Assembly: GCA_010015585.1 (NCBI GenBank)
Contig: ML975154.1
Strand: one strand, 5' to 3'
Source: Eremomyces bilateralis CBS 781.70
Taxonomy: Eukaryota
Length of the DNA stretch: 64,000 bases
The position numbers and the translations under genes are program-made. Under the pieces are notes generated by a model, which was not told the DNA's origin, did no database searches, and was given only the letters and a program-made list of their open reading frames with translations. Positions 62,601-64,000 of this stretch are shown here, one piece after another (within the stretch, counting starts at the first letter, position 1; each line of letters starts with the position of its first letter).

Positions 62601-63456
62601 GTCGAGCGCACCATGCAGAGGGGACTCAACGCCACCGGTTGCAAGATTAGTCTGGCTCGTTGACGCCGAGCCAGGTGCCGAGTCCGCATGAGACGAAGAC
62701 GCTGCTACCTCGAAGAAGAAATTGGTCGAGGTGGATGCAGTATATGCATTCGAACTTCCGGAATTGGAATTCAGATATTCATGATAGTCGTTCTCACGCG
62801 GATACTATGCCGTGATGTTAGTATCCATACGAGAATGTGCCTTTGATCGAATCAAATCAATGATCGAAAACACCATCGGACGTTGGCATGCTAACCTTCT
62901 TGGTTCCCATGAACAGCACGTGCTCAACGGCGTGTGCCAATCCAGGCATATCCGCCGCGTCGCTAAAGCTGCCAATATTGACATCGAGCGATGCGCTGGC
63001 CTTGTCCGTCTCTGGATCATGTATCAGAAGCGCCTCGAGCCCATTTGGAAGCTTGATGACCCTATATGATCGATTATCCAGCTCCGGTCGTTCAATATCC
63101 TCCGCCACCCGTTCTACCAGGCGGGTTTTCGTGGGCTCGTTCATCATGTCCATGGCGGCTTTACCGTGGGACCAGTTCGATGTGCAGGTGAATCCGCGAT
63201 GCTGCCGGCATGAAAGATGTGATTGAACAGTTCTAAGACGAAGAAAACGACAGAGTGGTGTTGTCGACGATCTAGGAAGCTTGCTGGCCAGCGAGTGGTT
63301 GGTGAGCTTGGGAATGTGTGGGGACGGAGTGAGCGAGAGAAGCCGACGATGTTGTCGGTAATATCTGAATCTTGTTTGACCCAGCGAGAACTGATCCGAT
63401 GATAGACACAAAGAATTACCAGCTGGCTGCCTGTATGACAATGACAGTAGTCGCAT
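59675..63456 (-). CDS. STE23: M16A metallopeptidase, Ste23/insulin-degrading enzyme-like
   Basis: Exons (63456 or 63153)-62896, 62804-60308, 60234-59675. LDNRSYRVIKLPNGLEALLIHD, inverzincin HAVEHVLFMGTKK/YP, SNAYT, RELRAVDSENKKNLQSD, HLIGHEGPGS, FDQLRTKEQLGY; ends EPKL. Confidence 0.95.
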
Positions 63457-64000
63457 CGAACTTCGTATTTCATGCGCTAACACGGCATAGACCATAGGCA
63501 GACAAGAAAGAAAAATGAGTTGTGGAATGAGGGAATGAGGCTGACGATTGAACCCCAGTCGCGGCAAACTCGAGGTCGTGTCCGCTAACGGCTTGCTATT
63601 GTACTTTTCGTGGCAATCCGGAAGAGATGTCTTTGTATAACATCCAATAAAATTAATAAAATATATAGGTATTGTTCTTACAATCCTCCGCTCCCATCCT
63701 TCACGGATGAATCCAGTTGAGACGGGACGGGCCTCGATGCCCGTGAGACATGATATGTACCGCAACGATGAATGCAGCGTCGTATTCAACGAGCATGGAG
63801 GATCATGGAGGATCGGGAAGTGGTTGAATCGTGATGTTGCCCCCGAACTGCTCTTTATGAGCAGTGCAGACTGCAGATTTCCCCCATGCAGCCTGGAAGC
63901 CTGGGCGGGTAGAGACATGTCTCACAGGAACACGGCTTCTCAGCCCCTAGATGGTGCATATATTATGGAATTAAACTTGCGTGCACGACACACAATGCAT

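Overview
Intron-rich genomic DNA of a filamentous ascomycete (Pezizomycotina-type GTRAGT/CTRAC/YAG introns; the species cannot be determined from the sequence). All family assignments are from motif recognition by eye; no database search was run. 1-23 kb holds conserved genes: a Hop1-like HORMA gene (truncated at the left edge, reconstructed from small exons the ORF track mostly misses), Cdc4-like F-box/WD40, a conserved hypothetical protein, Rad9/Crb2-like Tudor-BRCT, a Pmp3-family proteolipid, a 344-bp hAT-type MITE just upstream of a U4 snRNA gene, an RmlD/MAT2B-like reductase and a secreted DUF1996 protein. About 24-35 kb is an AT-richer decayed island: a broken AAA+ ATPase convergent with a broken NLR/NACHT-like gene, an orphan 2-TM ORF, a shattered membrane-protein gene, and a ~190-bp foldback palindrome at the right edge. 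35.5-64 kb holds a double-DUF3433 membrane protein, an AA11-like LPMO, dephospho-CoA kinase, a PTH11-like receptor, a TmpA-like membrane flavoprotein and Ste23/insulysin with a probable alternative mitochondrial presequence. The best lead for an undescribed system is the AAA+/degenerate-NACHT pair; this is inference and both genes appear dead here.
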